DNA from: Octopus vulgaris
Lineage: Eukaryota
Assembly: GCA_951406725.2 (NCBI GenBank)
Contig: OX597825.1
Coordinates: 16,120,001-16,184,000, forward strand
Length of the DNA stretch: 64,000 bases
Reading direction: 5' to 3'
Part shown: piece by piece, positions 1 through 15,313 of the stretch
Position numbering within the stretch: position 1 is the stretch's first letter
Layout: each line of letters begins with the position of its first letter
Position numbers and translations under genes: made by a program
The notes under the pieces: generated by a model
What the model saw: the letters and a program-made list of their open reading frames with translations, nothing else
Told to the model about the DNA's origin: nothing
Databases searched by the model: none

Positions 1-2792
1 AAAAAACAGATGATGAGGAATAATTTCTTGTAAAAGACAACAAAATCTTTCCTCAGGAAAATAGCAAAAAAAATGTTAAGAGCAAATCAAGCAAACAGCT
101 AATTGACAAAATTACACATCTCTGGTGCCACACACTCTCTGAAGAAGTTGGAATGCTACAAAAGCTGTTAAGTTTAGAATATAAAGAACTTGCAAAAGAT
201 AGACTGCTAGTAGAATTAAAATTAAAACTTTATATCAAACTTATAAAATGATACCCTCAAAGTGTTGACATTTTTCAAAATCAGATATCTCAAAAATGCT
301 TACTGGTGCATTTGGTTGCATTCAAACTCAGTTTGAGAAGTAGTTAAGCAAATAGGGTCATGGAATACCCCATTCGACCTAGCTTGAAAATATTTCGAGT
401 TTTATTTCTTTAAATTATGTCTTGTAATTATTGCGTTTTATTATATATTTTTAAATTTCTGTCAATATCTGTGGGTGTGTGTGCACACATATATGTATGT
501 GTAGCATATATGTGTGCACATGTTTGTGTGTGTGTGTATATGTATATATATGTGGAGGCGCAATGCCCAGTGTGTAGGTGTGTGTGTGTGTGTGTGTGTG
601 TGCATGTGTATATATAAAAATATATGTGTATATATATATGTGTATATATACTCTCTGTGTCACGCTGAATATCCCCGAGAACTACGTTAAGGGTACACGT
701 GTCTGTGGAGTGCTCAGCCACTTACACGTTAATTTCATGAGCAAGCTGTTCCGTTGATTCGGATCAACCGGAACTCTTGTCGTCGTAACCGACGGAGTGC
801 TTCCCATATATATATATGTGTGCGTGTGCATCTTTTTTTAATATTTTCCTTGTTTTGGTCATTGGATTGTGGCCATACTGGGGCACTGCCTGGAATATAT
901 TTACCCTTTGAAATCCTCTATACATCCTTCTATATATTGTATAATATCTCTCACCCAGCCTCACCACCACCTTCATCATTTGTAGATGTTCACCATTTCT
1001 TTCTTTGATGCCTTTAACGAAAGTCTGGCATATTTTTTTTTTCATCTCTTTGAGCTCGTGCGGCTAATAAAGAGAACTTCATCACCATCAACATCATTAT
1101 AATAGTAATGGCAATAGTGATGGTGGTGGCAGTTGCGATGGTCACTGTGGTAGTGATGATGGTGTGATGGTGGTGGTGGTGGTGGTGTGATGGTAATGGT
1201 GATGGTGGTGGTGGTGGTGGTGGTGGTGGTGGTTGCTGTGGTAGTGATGATGGTGTGGTGGTGGTGGTGGTACTGGTGATGGTGTGATGGTAATGGTGGT
1301 GGTGTTGGTGGTGGTGGTGGTGGTGGTGGTGGTGATGGTGTGATTGTGGTGGTGGTGGTGATGGTGTGATGGTAATGGTGATGGTGGTGATGGTGGTGGT
1401 GGCGGTGTTGGTGGTGGTGTTGGTGGTGTAATTATGGCTATGATGATAAGGAGATACAAGATGGTGGTACCCTCAAGGTTATCATTAACATTGACATGTT
1501 TAAGACAAGTGAGCTGGCAGAACCTATTAAACGCACCTTACAAAATACTTAGCGGCATCCCGTCTGTCTTTACGTTCTGAGTTCAAATCCTGCCAAGGTT
1601 AATAATTGATAAAATAAGTAAATAAGTACCAGTCAAATATTATGGGGTGGAGCAGGGGGACTGATGTAATTGACTTCCCCTCCCCTCAAAAACTGCCGGT
1701 TCTGTGCCAATATTTGAAACTATAATCATGGAGATGTTAGACATTACAGTTCTTAGTGTTGTTTGAAGGCGCATGGCTCAATGGTTAGAACATCGGGTTT
1801 ACAATTGTGAGATAGTGAGTTCAATTCCCAGACCGGGGTGTGTGTTGTGTTCTTGAGCAAGACACTTTATTTCACGTTGCTCCAGTTCACTCAGTTGTAG
1901 AAATGAGTTGTGACGTCTCTATCCTTTTATTGTTTGGCATTTCTATCCCCATTTCAAGTTCTGTTTGTAGTAGTAGTAGTTGTAGGAGTGGTAGTAGTAG
2001 CAGTAGCAGCAGCAGCAGCAGTAGTAGTAGTAGCAGCAGTAATAGTAGTAGTAGTAGTTGGTGGCTATTCCTCCTCCCCAAACCAGCCCAGATTTGGTAG
2101 CTGTATAATCAAAGGTGTTCCACTGGTGACCTTCTCATCTATTTTGTTTCAAACACGGTCATCTTGGACTACATCACGTAGTGTGTTCCTTTATACTCAA
2201 AGTCGGCAAGGTATGACCTGAGGGTAATTTAGCTGCTATTTTCAGCAAGCTGAGCTGTCACGGAGAAGCTCTTTCATTGGCATGTGATAGTTGTTGTCGT
2301 AGATGATAATGATGATGCTGATGATGATATTGTGGTTCTTGTTGTTCCTGTTGTCGTTGATGTTGATGTGGTTATTGTTGTCGATGTTATTCATAGTAGC
2401 ATTTAGTACTTATAGTCATTTAACTATTTTATGCCTTTCTTATTTTTGTATTTTTTTTTTAGACCCAGGTGAACCCTTGGCTACTTTAACAATGGTAAAA
2501 GTATCACACTGCAAACTGGGGGGGAAAAAAAAACAAAACCCCTTTTTTCCCAACTTTGTGGAAATGTGCAAATTTTTACTTAAATTTATTTAACTCTGTG
2601 AGGTTTGAACCAACCCTCTTCATTATTATGTAGTATGTTGTCGAGATTCACATACATGTCTTACCTGAGATGCCAAGTAGAAAAAACCTTCCCAAGATTC
2701 CAAGTAATAATATATATGAGCCAGTATGTATGTGTAATACATCTGTTTCTGATAAATGGTGCTCCAAACAGGCTAGAATGTGGATATTGTCC

Positions 2793-2832
<40 letters not shown>

Positions 2833-2879
2833 CTTGAATGGGAGGCAGACTATCTCTTTTAACCCAAAGCAATTGTGGA

Positions 2880-2937
2880 AACCTCTGATGAGAAACAAGA
2901 TCCTATTGATGAAGTTTCGAAATCACGTGATAAGGTT
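2880..2937 (+). ncRNA. Type I hammerhead ribozyme, intact core
   Basis: Stem I aacct(2880-84)/aggtt(2933-37); CTGATGA 2885-91; stem II GAAAC/GTTTC; GAAA 2919-22; palindromic stem III TCACGTGA; cleavage triplet AUA (cut after 2932). Confidence 0.85.
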
Positions 2938-3356
2938 CTATCAAACTGCTTCATTCTGTGAGTTTATCTCACCACAGAAAGATACTGTGGCTTGCTGCTT
3001 GCTTCCCAAATGTTTCATGAGGTTAGTTTTAATTGCATTGATTTTATTATTATTATCTATTTGAAAATATAGCCACGAATCGTTGGTGCTATTTTGCACC
3101 CTCCTTTATTAATGTTACCTTTTTGGTTTTAATTGCTATAGACACCTATAGTATAACGTATTTAATATAACTTAACATATTAATATATTAATATAATATC
3201 TTATTGTATGCTACTACATATGTGATATAATTTTTTTTTTTATTGATGGCTGTAATAGAGTCATTTTTCTCTATAATTATATACACATACATACATACAT
3301 ACATTTATATATATTTTCCTAAAATTTGTCGTATATGCATCTTGCAATATATATAT

Positions 3357-3397
<41 letters not shown>

Positions 3398-3852
3398 TAT
3401 GTATGTATGTATATGTATATGTATATACACACATATATATATATAATATATATATATACATACATATGTGTACAATAAGCATCCCTGTTCACAGCATGTA
3501 AAAGCACCTAGTACACATCTGTAATAGTGTTTCAACACACGAACTCATATAAAGAATCCAGCTGCAGAAACCATGCCAAAACAGATGATATAGCATTAAT
3601 TGAAGTGGAGCCCTATTGTCAGCCCCTGTCAAGCTGTCGATATTACCAATCAGTTTTGCGAGCATGAAAGCAATTGGTAAAATCAGCCAAAATGGATGTA
3701 TAATACTGTACACATCAATTAATATACCCACTCTATTGACAAATATACAAGTACATTTTTTCTGACTTATGGTCTCTTAGACAACTTTCACACACACACA
3801 CACACACATAGCTGTAATTGTTTTCTCAAATAAAATTGCACTTCATTTTTGA

Positions 3853-3933
3853 AGCTCTGATGAAGGTATAAGGTGATACACAAGCACTCAACTATGAGTG
3901 TATTGCACCTTATTTCAGAAACAGCTGTAGGCT
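3853..3933 (+). ncRNA. Type I hammerhead ribozyme, minimal stem III
   Basis: Stem I agct/ggct; CTGATGA 3857-63; extended stem II (ataaggtg/caccttat, cactca/tgagtg); GAAA 3918-21; palindrome CAGCTG; GUA cleavage triplet. Confidence 0.75.
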
Positions 3934-5346
3934 AATAAAGTTCATTCTGTCATTTCTTGTTCCTTGTTCATTTATATAATCTCTTATTACACTCTGTTCT
4001 TGACCAGTGTTTTTCTCTGAAACATATGTATATTGAATTCTAACAGCAGGTTATTAGAATCAATATACCTAAGCATCATCATCATCATCATCATCATTTA
4101 ACGTCCATTTTCCATGCTGGCATGGGTTGGATGGTTTGACTGGGGTCTGGGCAGCCAGGAGGCTGCACCAGGCTTCAGTCTGATCTGGCAGTGTTTCTAC
4201 AGCTGGATGCCCTTCCTAACGCCAACCACTCCGAGAGTGTAGTGGGTGCTTTTTTTTGCATGCCACGAGCACAGGAGCCAGAGGGGGTTGGTGTCGACTC
4301 TGATTGGATGGTGCTTTCTACGTGCCACCGGCACAGGAACCAGTCGAAGTGGCGCTGACATCAGCCATGTTTGGATGGTGCTATATATATATATATATAT
4401 ACATGTATATAAAGTTAGATATGGCTAGTTTATCGAAACCGCGATCCTACGACCACGAGTCCGGTGTATCATCAGATCCCAAAACTGGGCCATTGTGCCT
4501 CCACAATGACATATATATGATATACGACGGGCTTCTTTCAGTTTCCGTCTACCAAATCCACTCACAAGGCTTTGGTCGGCCCGAGGCTATAGTAGAAGAT
4601 ACTTGCCCAAGGTTCCACACAGTGGGACTGAACCTGGAACCATGTTGTTGATAAGCAAGCTACTTACCACACAGCCACTCCTATGTCTATGGGTTATGAT
4701 GAAATAAATATTGGCAGTCATATCCTTATATTTTGTCTTACTGTGGAATTTGTCTCCATAAGAGCCTTTTTTTGTGGGTTGCTTTAAATGAGGTTTGAAC
4801 CAACCCTCTTCATTATTATATAGTATGTTGTTGAGATTTGCATACATGTCTTACCTTAGATACCAAGTAGAAAAAAAAAACCTTCCCAAGATTCCAAGTA
4901 ATAATAATGAAATATTCCTTAATTTATTGGTTAAGTTGGCATCTTAACATCTCAACCAGTTGCAGATCTCAGCAAAACACCGTAAAAGACTAGCGAATTC
5001 TCATGTTGTGCAGAAATATGAAAACTTCTGAACAAAATGCAAATTGCCCTCCAGGGCAGCAGATCAAACAGAAGAAATCTTTTATTATGCAAGGGAAGAA
5101 ATATTTCAAGATAAGAAAGAAATATCTCTTTGTAGAATGAAAAGAAAACAGGAGCTTTAGAAAAATATCTTTTAATCATCCTTTCAAGGCAAGAATTGCT
5201 CCAGGGGATTGTCTTAACTCTGAGCAAATCTTATTAAAATTCCACCGAGTTCCTGTACCTCCGTTCTTTCTTTTGATAGTAGTTCTAATAGGATTAGCTG
5301 TCATATAGACATAATATATATGCATATATACATATATGTATATATA

Positions 5347-5480
<134 letters not shown>

Positions 5481-6317
5481 TATATATATATATACACACA
5501 TATATATATATACATATATATATACACACACATATATATATACATATATATATACACATATATATATCTACATATATATACACACACATATATACATATA
5601 CATATAGATATATATGTGTGTGTGTATATACGTATACATACATACACATATATACAAACATGCATACACACATGCACACACACACACATACATAATAGAT
5701 GTCTACATACATCACTTCTTTGCATACATATTTACCTCTGTGTGTAGGTGTGATATAAAAATACATTATGTCCATATATATATATGATGATGATGATGAT
5801 GATATTGGTTTCAAATTTTAGCTCAAGGCCGGCAATTTCAGGGGAGGGGGATAGTTAATTACATGAGCCCTAATGTTCAACTGATTCTTATTTGAGTGGG
5901 ATGGGCTATTCAACCAGAAGAAAATTCTAACTGGGCCCCACCTGCAAGGTCATGTGCTGTTTATCTTGACATGAGATCACCATGTCATGCACATATGGTT
6001 GTGATGCATGTGCCTGGTGTACCCTTATCAGACGTGTAGTCATGATGGGTATACTGGGGTTCGTATATTTTACCCCAGTGTCACTTTGATGACATGCACT
6101 GCTCTCTCACTCAATAATGATAATAGTAATGATGATGAAATTATTGTGTATAGTGCTCAGGTGCACTACAACTCATCAAAGCCCCTTGTGGGTAGTAAAG
6201 AAATAGGTATTTCGTCTGCTGTTACGTTCTGAGTTCAAATTCCGCCGAGGTCGACTTTGCCTTTCATCCTTTTGGGGGTCCATAAATTAAGTACCAGTTA
6301 CGCACTGGGGTCAATGT

Positions 6318-6492
6318 TAGTTAGTTAAATTTTTTGGCTCAAAAAGCAAAAAGCAAGGCCATGTAGGGGGACATGGAGTTATGTACAGGGTGGTGTTTAT
6401 GTAAAGAGTTCAGGCCACTTGAGGTCAAGGGAGACTTTGAACCGAGCGGTCGTCGGCATCTTCACCATCTTGTCTGGCAGCTTATTCCACGG
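6318..6492 (-). mobile_element. CR1-like LINE 3' end inserted in a SINE
   Basis: PWNKLPDKMVKMPTTARFKVSLDLKW...* terminal motif, short 3' UTR, (TAAC)n tail; splits the Meta-type SINE at 6180-6570. Confidence 0.7.
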
Positions 6493-7696
6493 ATGTAATC
6501 GACTTAATACCTTTGTCTGTCCTTGTTTGTCCCCTCTATGTTTAGCCCCTTGTGGGCAATAAAGAAATAAGAATGTGACAATATAGGTCACATATAGGTA
6601 CAACTAATTTTTGCCAACTAAGGGGACTGGAATAACATGAAATAAAGGACACAATACAGTGCAGGGAATGAAGCTCACAACCTTAGAATTCTGAGCCAAA
6701 TACCCAAACCATTAAGCCATGTGCTTTCACCAACCTATCATTTAGAGAAAGGTAATTTCTTTAGAATAACTTAGCTCGTTTACAGTCTGCTTGTGTATGC
6801 CTCCTTAATAGTAAAATTTCCTGCAGCAAATTTTCCGGGGGTAGAAATATTTATGGTAAATTTCCTGAGACAGTGACACGTGACAACTTGCTGGGGCTGC
6901 CTGCTGGAGACTAACAGCAGGTATTTAAAGGGAAATAATTTGACAAGTCAGTCAGTCGCCTGCTGACACTCATTGACGCTACATCAAAGAGGCCAGGGAA
7001 CAGAAGAAAGAAGATATGCACCCAACAGCAGAGCTGAAGACACCTCCGAAAGGTGGGACACCGCCACGTCAAAACGTTAGAGGAGTAGGGGCTGAAACCG
7101 GACGTGGTTCCTCCTGATGATGTCTTGAGCTAACTGGATCCTATAAAGGAGCTTTTGTGGTAGCAGTCCACGAAACACAATTGAAATTCTTATGGTAAAT
7201 TTCCTGAACATGATCAGTGTAGAGAAATGTTTTGGACAAACTTCAGAATATGGGAAAAAAAAAAACAAGATTCTTTATCTCTTACCGTTTACTTATTTCA
7301 GTCATTGAACTGTGACAATGCTGGGGCATCAACCTTGAAGGGGTTTGGTTAAGCAAATTGACCCCGGTTCTTATTCTTTCAATCTCGTTTGCTAAACTGC
7401 TTAGATGTGAGAATGTAAGCATAGAACCAGGGCCAGTTTTCGGCAAGGGTTGAAACCCTGGATGAAAAACGAAAAATGGATCATCTTCTTCCTAAAATTT
7501 GCTGTAAATAAACTACTGATGTTGGCTAATTTCTACACGTTTGTTTAGGAGAACAAACTGGACAAATTGAGGCCAATGAATGGACAAAACTTGAGGAAGA
7601 AGAGAAGGGAAAATAGGAAGCATAACCTAATACCCTAACACCAAATTTCAGGCCTTGTGCCTATAGTAGAAAGGATTGTTGTTGTTATTATTATTA

Positions 7697-7770
<74 letters not shown>

Positions 7771-7815
7771 TATAATATATAAAGGATTGAGGTAACTCCT
7801 CTATTATTATTATTA

Positions 7816-7878
<63 letters not shown>

Positions 7879-7901
7879 TATTATTATTATTATTATTATT
7901 A

Positions 7902-7941
<40 letters not shown>

Positions 7942-10900
7942 CATCATCATCATCTTCATAATTATTATTATCATTATTATGCAATTAGTTACTAGTCAGT
8001 TTGTATTAATACCTCCTCCTAATTGTTTTTCTTTCGAGAAACCCCTCTCAAAATACCTTTACTTTTTTTCTGTGACGCCATCTGTTTAATAACATGAATG
8101 CAATAGTTTATTACGATTGCGCTTGTAGAATGCATTTAGACGCTTGACCAGTCCATTGGAAAGTCCAGTAATTTCTGCTCTGTAGCTAGCTTCATTTTAA
8201 CTGAGCCGCTACATGTTTTGTTTTTATCATCTGTCCACTAAAATGAGAAACTTTTAAATGGTAAGCTCTTGTATACTCTATGTAGATTCTAAAACATTAC
8301 ATCCACTTAGATATAACTGGAATGAGAACTGCATCGGTAACACGACCCATTGAGAGTCTGCGTAAACTAGAAATGGTTTTTCATCATCTTCAATTAACAT
8401 CTGTTTTCTGTTGGCATGGTTTGGAAGGTTTGTTAGGATCCAGTGAGTCATAGCGCCACATCAAGCTCAAATATCTGCTTCAGCATGGTTTCCTGTGGCT
8501 GGATGCCCTTCCTTATGCTGACCACTTAACAGAGTGGATTGGGTGAATTTTTCTCTTTTTTTTTTTTGTGTGCCACTGGCAGCTTGCACACTGAGAAAAT
8601 TTTTGTTAACATAAAACAATTGAAATAACAGACAAAATACCTATTTCTTTACTACCCACAAGGGGCTAAACACAGAGGGGACAAACAAGGACAGACGAAC
8701 AGATTAAGTCAATTACATCGACCCCAGTGCTTTACTGCTACTTATTTAATCAGATGAAAGGCAAAGTCGACCTTTGAACTCAGAACGTAGTGACAGACGA
8801 AATACCTATTTCTTTACTACCCACAAAGGGGCTAAACACAGGGGGACAAACAAGGACAGACAAACGGATTAAGTTGATTACATCGACCCCAGTGCATAAC
8901 TGGTACTTAATTTATCGACCCCAAAAGGATGAAAGGCAAAGTCAACCTCGGTGGAATTTGAACTCAGAACCTAGCAGCAGACGAAATACCACTAAGCATT
9001 TCACCCAGCATGCTAACGTTTCTGCCAGCTCACCGCCTTTTAATTGTATTCTGCAGACTTCTTTGAGTTCCTGTAGTATTATTTTTTTACAAGAGACAAT
9101 AATCTCGAAACTGCAGTCCATGCGTATCACTTAGGTTTTCGAGAGGGGATAACCTCCCTTTGCGAATATCATTAAAGGGCACAGGATTGTGTCTAAAGCC
9201 AGCTGGAGACGATGATCTCCTGGGGCTAAAAAGCTACAGTAACACCCCCCACCCCTAGTGGTTAGCCATATTAAGATGGCTAGTATACTTTACGTATTTT
9301 TTAATCTTTTTTTCCTTATTCCAATAATTTGATACTGCTTCTGCTTCTACAACAGAGAATACCTCATTCATAAGTATTTGTATTTAAATTAAAACCTTGT
9401 CATAATTACATCTAAGAACCTAATTTATCCACCAGATAAACGATGAAGTTGTTCTTACTATAATCTCTTCAATTCCTTTATTTTCCCAAATTAATTCAAA
9501 CATGCTGTTAGTGCATATTGATAACGAATATGGTCTCAAAAGGGTTTAAAGCAAAAATATACTTTATAAATTTTCTTGTATTTTGATCATTTTCCTAATT
9601 TACTGTTCTTTACAAAAGTTTCTTTGTAATTAGCTTTCCAGTTTGTCATTACTTCACAAATTTCCATTTATTTAATTAATTTCGATAACATATTCTGATT
9701 TATGAATTTTCTTGTATCACGCTCTCAAAACATTTGAATCACCATCATCATCATCATAATCATCATTACTGCTACCATCACCATCATCATCGTCATCACC
9801 ACCACCACCACCACCACCACCATTATCATTGTCATCATTATCATCATCATCATCATCATCATCGTCACCATCATCATTATCCTTCATCATCAAATTACGT
9901 CTTCTATTGGCCACGCTTTCATTGGTTATCTGAATCTTCTCCAGCAGATTGTCTTGATATTTTTTGCAGTCCTTCGTCATTTCTTTTAAAAAGGTCAATC
10001 TCCTGAAACCATTTCTCATCTTTTTTTCTTTTATTTTTTTTTTTTTAAATATCTCTTTTTTGACCTTCCTTTCCTCTACTGCAGGTTCCTTCCACTTGGA
10101 TTACTCATCACTTCTTCATTACCAAACCGTAATTCCCCCTCAAACCACATCACATCACATAATATACTGTAACCAGCTAAATCTTCTCCATCATACACTA
10201 CTCCAAACATTTCATTCCACTTTTACACAGTTTATCTCTCAGCTCATTTGTGCACTGTCTTTCATGCATGCCTCATTTCTTTCCAGCCTACGCACATTCA
10301 ATGCCCATGTTTTGCTACGATGCAACATAGCACATTGTACCCAAGCAACATACAATCTACCATTCACTTGGAGAGAGAATCCCTTTGTTGCCAGCAGAGG
10401 TAATATCTCCCTGAACTTTTTTCAATCACATTCTTACTCTGACAAAATTCCCAAAAAAACGTGCTTCATTTACGGCGCTTCAATTTTTGATGCTCCATTT
10501 GTTAGTTATCCTTGAATATTCTTGGAATATCCAAGAATTATAATTGGTAAACTAACAGGTGAGGGTTGCCATTTGTCCTGCAGTGTGTGCATTATTCCTT
10601 TTGTGAATGTAAACCCTGTACGTACCCCTGATCAAATGCCACCCTTATGTCACCCCTGAAAATTTTAATTAACTGGCTTGTTTTTTTATTTCATTAATTA
10701 CTGTTGTGTGGTTTAGAAGTTTGCTTCATGGCCAAGTGGTTTTGGGATCAAATCCACGGTGCAGCACCTTGACATGACTAATGCCTTATGAGCAAAGTTA
10801 GGTCGTTGATGGAAATTATACTGAAGCCTCTTGTGTGTGTCAGCATATATATATGCGTATGAATGTATATGCATGTAAATGTGTATGTATGCATGTGTGT

Positions 10901-13034
10901 ATATATACACCTGTATTTGTGCATGTAATTCTTTGTATGTGTGTGTGCGTGTGTGTGTGTATCTGTCTTTACATTGGCATTGCTTCAACAGCAGTGAAAG
11001 TTATTCATATCTATAAAGAGTTCCTTAGCAATTCTGCAGTTTCAATGTCTCAAAACCAGTGGAATAAAAAAAAAATGAGAGAAAAAACAAAGAAACAGCA
11101 ACGACAAATTTTGGCAACAGGAAGGGTATCTGTCTGTAGAATACAGAAAATATCATCAAACCCCATGGCCTGCATGTAATAATCTTATTTCTTTACTGCC
11201 CACAAGGGGATAAACATAGAGGGGACAAACAAGGACAGATAAAGGGATTAAGTCGATTACATCGACCCCAGTGCATAACTGGTATACTAATTTAATTGAC
11301 CCCGAAAGGATGAAAGGCACTGATGTAAAAATGATGATGATGATGATGATGACAGTGATGGAAATGATGATGATGACGACAATGACATCAACAATGATGA
11401 AAATGATGATGGTGGTGGTGGTGGTGGTGGTGGTGGTGGTGGTGGTGGTGGTAGTTGTTATGGTGATGATGACAATGATGGAAATGTTGATGATGATGAC
11501 AATAACATCAACAATGATGATGGTGATGGTGGTGGTAGTGGTGGTGGTGGTTATGGTGATGATGATGATGATAATGACATCAACAACGATGATGAAGATG
11601 ATGAAAGTGGTGGTGGTGGTGGTTGTTGTTATGGTGATGATGGCAGCCACAAATCTGACGTAAACAGTGATGATGATTGTAAGGAAGACGGACAGTGCCC
11701 ACATCCTTTACAAGGCCATCCTAAGATTGGTAATGTCAATGCCATCAATATCAAACTTGTGCTTTCTATAGACTAGTTCATTCAGAGAAAAACAGTTTTA
11801 GAGGGTTGCAGTTCTGTAGGGAAAAAATTAAATGTCAAGATGGAGCAGAATGGTGTAATTAATGGAGAGAAACAAACACAGTAGAAACATAAAGTGGCAA
11901 TTAGGCCAGAGTAGCTTCTAGGGATGCAACCAAATTTACTAGTTCACAGGAGCAGGGAACATTATTGCAGTTTAACCTTATATCAACCCTGAGTTACTTG
12001 CTTAAGCCCTTCATTGCTTCTACGGAGCATCAGCCATCAATGAATTGTTTTCTACTGTTCTTGTTTTGGGGCTGTCTTTTCCTTAACCCTTTTGGATTCA
12101 GATTGCTCTGTTTAATGTTCTACTTAGGGCACTCCATTGGTTATAACAATGAGGATTCCGGCTGATCTGATCAACAGAACAGCCTGCTTGTGAAATTAGT
12201 GTGCATGTGTGCACACATGATAAAGTGTGAGCACCCTGAGAGAAATGCTGGACATAAAAAGCATCAGATGTGGTATGCAAGGGAGATGTTTGCACTGGTA
12301 TGGTCATGTACTATGGATGGATGAGTGCCAGTGACACGTAAAAAGCACCTACTACACTCTCGGAGTGGTTGGCGTTAGGAAGGGCATCCAGCTGTAGAAA
12401 CCATGCCAGATCAGACTGGAGCCTGGTGCAGCCTCCTGGCTTTCCAGACCCCGGTCGAATCATCCAACCCATGCCAGCATGGAAAACGGACGTTAAATGA
12501 TGATGATGATGATGATGATGTGGCTGAACACCCTACAGACACATATATCCTTAACGTAGTTCTCAGAGAGATTCAGTGTGACACAGAATGTGACAAGGCT
12601 GGCCCCTTTGAAGTACAGGTACTACTCATCTTTGCCAGGAGAGTGAACTGGAACAGTGTGAAATAAAGTGTCTTGCTCAAGAGCACAATGCATCACTGGT
12701 AATTGAACTCACGACCTTACGATTGTGAGCCAAATGCCCAAACCACTAAGCCATGCACCTTCACTCTGTCTAATGTGATGCTTATTTAGTCACATTGTTT
12801 CAGGTTAATCATGTATTATATTGTAGTACTCACTCTTTACTCTTTTACTTGTTTCAGTCATTTGACTGTGGCCATGCTGGAGCACCGCATTTAGTCGACC
12901 AAATCACTTATTCTTTGTAAGCCTATTACTTATTCTATCAGTCTCTCTTTTGCCGAACTGCTAAGTTATAGGGACATAAACACACCACCATCGGTTGTCA
13001 AGCGATGTTGGGGGGGACAAACACAAACACATAA

Positions 13035-13065
<31 letters not shown>

Positions 13066-15161
13066 CATATATACAACAAGCTTCTTTCAGTTTCCGTCTA
13101 CCAAATCCACTCACAAGGCTTTGGTCGGCTCGAGGCTATAGTAGAAGACACTTGCCCAAGGTCCCACGCAGGGGGACTGAACCTAGAACCATGTGGTTGG
13201 TAAGCAAGCTACCTACCACACAGCCATTCCTGTAGCTTTAAGATTTCGATGATTTGATTGTATATCTTTAGAATGACATTGTAGGGTAAATGTGAGAAGC
13301 CAGGTCTTGTCAGTTTGAACATAAATGGCTAAAATATGTGGGCCAAATATGGCCAGTTTAAATGCGAAAGGGTTAAGATGTAGCCTGTCCTAAACAGCAG
13401 GTCTTCCTTTCTCAGGCTTTCATGGTCTTCAGTTGTCTTTTATCTTTTACTAGTTTCAGTCATTTTTAACTGTGGCCATGCTGGGGCACCATCTTGAAGG
13501 GTTTCAGTTGAACAAATCGACCACAAAACTTATTATTAAAGCCTGGTACTTATTCTTTTGTCTCTCTTCGCCCTTTTCAAGCCTTGCCAGGCTCATGGGC
13601 CCGGTTTCTCGGTTTCTGTGGCATATATGTTCCCGCCAGCTGGACAGGATGCCAGTCCATCGCAGCGTTACTCAAGAAACAGGAAAAGAGAGTAAGAGAA
13701 AGTTGTGGCGAAAGAGTACAACAGGGGTCGCCACCACCCCCTGCCGGAGCCTCGTGGAGCTTTCTAGGTGTTTTCGCTCAATAAACACACACAACACCTG
13801 GTCTGCGAATCGAAACCGCGATCCTCCGACCGCGAGTCCACTGCCCTAACCACTGGGCCATTGTGCCTCCACCTTATTCTCTTGTACCAAGCTTTAAAAA
13901 TAACTTACTGAACCACTAAGTTACAGGGACATAAACACACCAACACAGGTTGTTGAATGGTGGTGGAGACAAACAGACAGAAAGACACACACATGTAGAT
14001 ATATACATCTATGTACAATGGGCTTCTTTCAGTTTCTGTCTATGAAATCCACTTTCAAGGCTTTGGTTGGCCTGGGGTCATAATAGAAGACACTTGCCCA
14101 AAGTGCCACGCAATGGGACTGAACCCAGAACCATGTGGTTGAGAAACAAGCTTCTTACCACACAGCTACACCTGCACCTATTGTCAGTAATGATTCTGTA
14201 ACTTTACCTTTTTTCTAAGGTAGGGCTGTTGACCCTATATAAACCCATTTTTTAACTCTGGGAATAGGTGGTCTGTATTTGCCTAGCCTCTGTACTTTGA
14301 CCTGTCAAACATGGGAGGCCCTCCTAAGAGCTTCTGCTCCACAGGCATAGCTCTCAGTATCATTGAATTACACAAACCATCACACCACAACAAAGATTGG
14401 ACGTCGTGGTTGCTGCTGTTGCTGTTGAGCGAACAGTCTTCGTCCCAGAGCTCGCAAGATGGGAGAAGTCCGAAACGTGGTCCTTTGCTATTCGTAAGAC
14501 CCACAGAAGAGAAGCAGGTCAACCCCTGACACCGAGAACATCGACGGATGGATGAATGCGCATCCAGGCTCAACGGTTGTGTAGGAAGTCAGGGACAAGA
14601 AACAGGAAGAAAGAGTGAGAGAAATTTGGAGCGAAATAGTACAACAGGGGTCGCTACCGCCCCCTGCTGGAGCCTCTTGGAGCTTTAGGTGTTTTCGCTT
14701 AATAAACACACACAGCGCCCAGTCTTGGAATCGAAACCACGATCCTCTGACCGCAAGTCCGCTGCCCTATCCACTGGGCCATTACGCCTTCCGTGGTTGC
14801 AGCTCTGATTTAAGAAACCTATAGTCATAGACAATCCAGCCAAGACCATCTCATTTTTTTTAGGGTAATATACACTTGAGGAAGTTTGAGTTGCTATTTT
14901 AGCAGGTCAGGCTGTGAACTAATGAGGCTCCCTTGGTAGTTCACGGAGACCAATTTAGTTGATAAGAGTGAGAGGAGTAGGGAGGCACAGTACGTAGATA
15001 TGTGATGTGTTGATCAATGAAGGTTTATTAATAAACCTGGTTACTCTAGTGCAGAACTTTATATTATTCAATTACAATTGTTGGTTTATTTTGAGTCTAT
15101 TTTATTTTTATATTTTGCTGTTGGTATCATTATATATTTCTTTAAAATAACAATAATAATG

Positions 15162-15260
<99 letters not shown>

Positions 15261-15313
15261 TTAATAATAATAATAATAATGGCAACAACAACAACAATAA
15301 TAATAATAATAAT

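Noticed and set aside
2319-2330. CTGATGA within (GAT)n repeats
   Set aside because: Chance match in a microsatellite, with no stems or GAAA.
2463-2494. 32-nt micro-exon candidate (DPGEPLATLTM) and a possible partner at 4959-5030
   Set aside because: Good acceptor but weak donor, no recognisable homology and no phase link to the TMEM221 exons; not supportable without RNA data.
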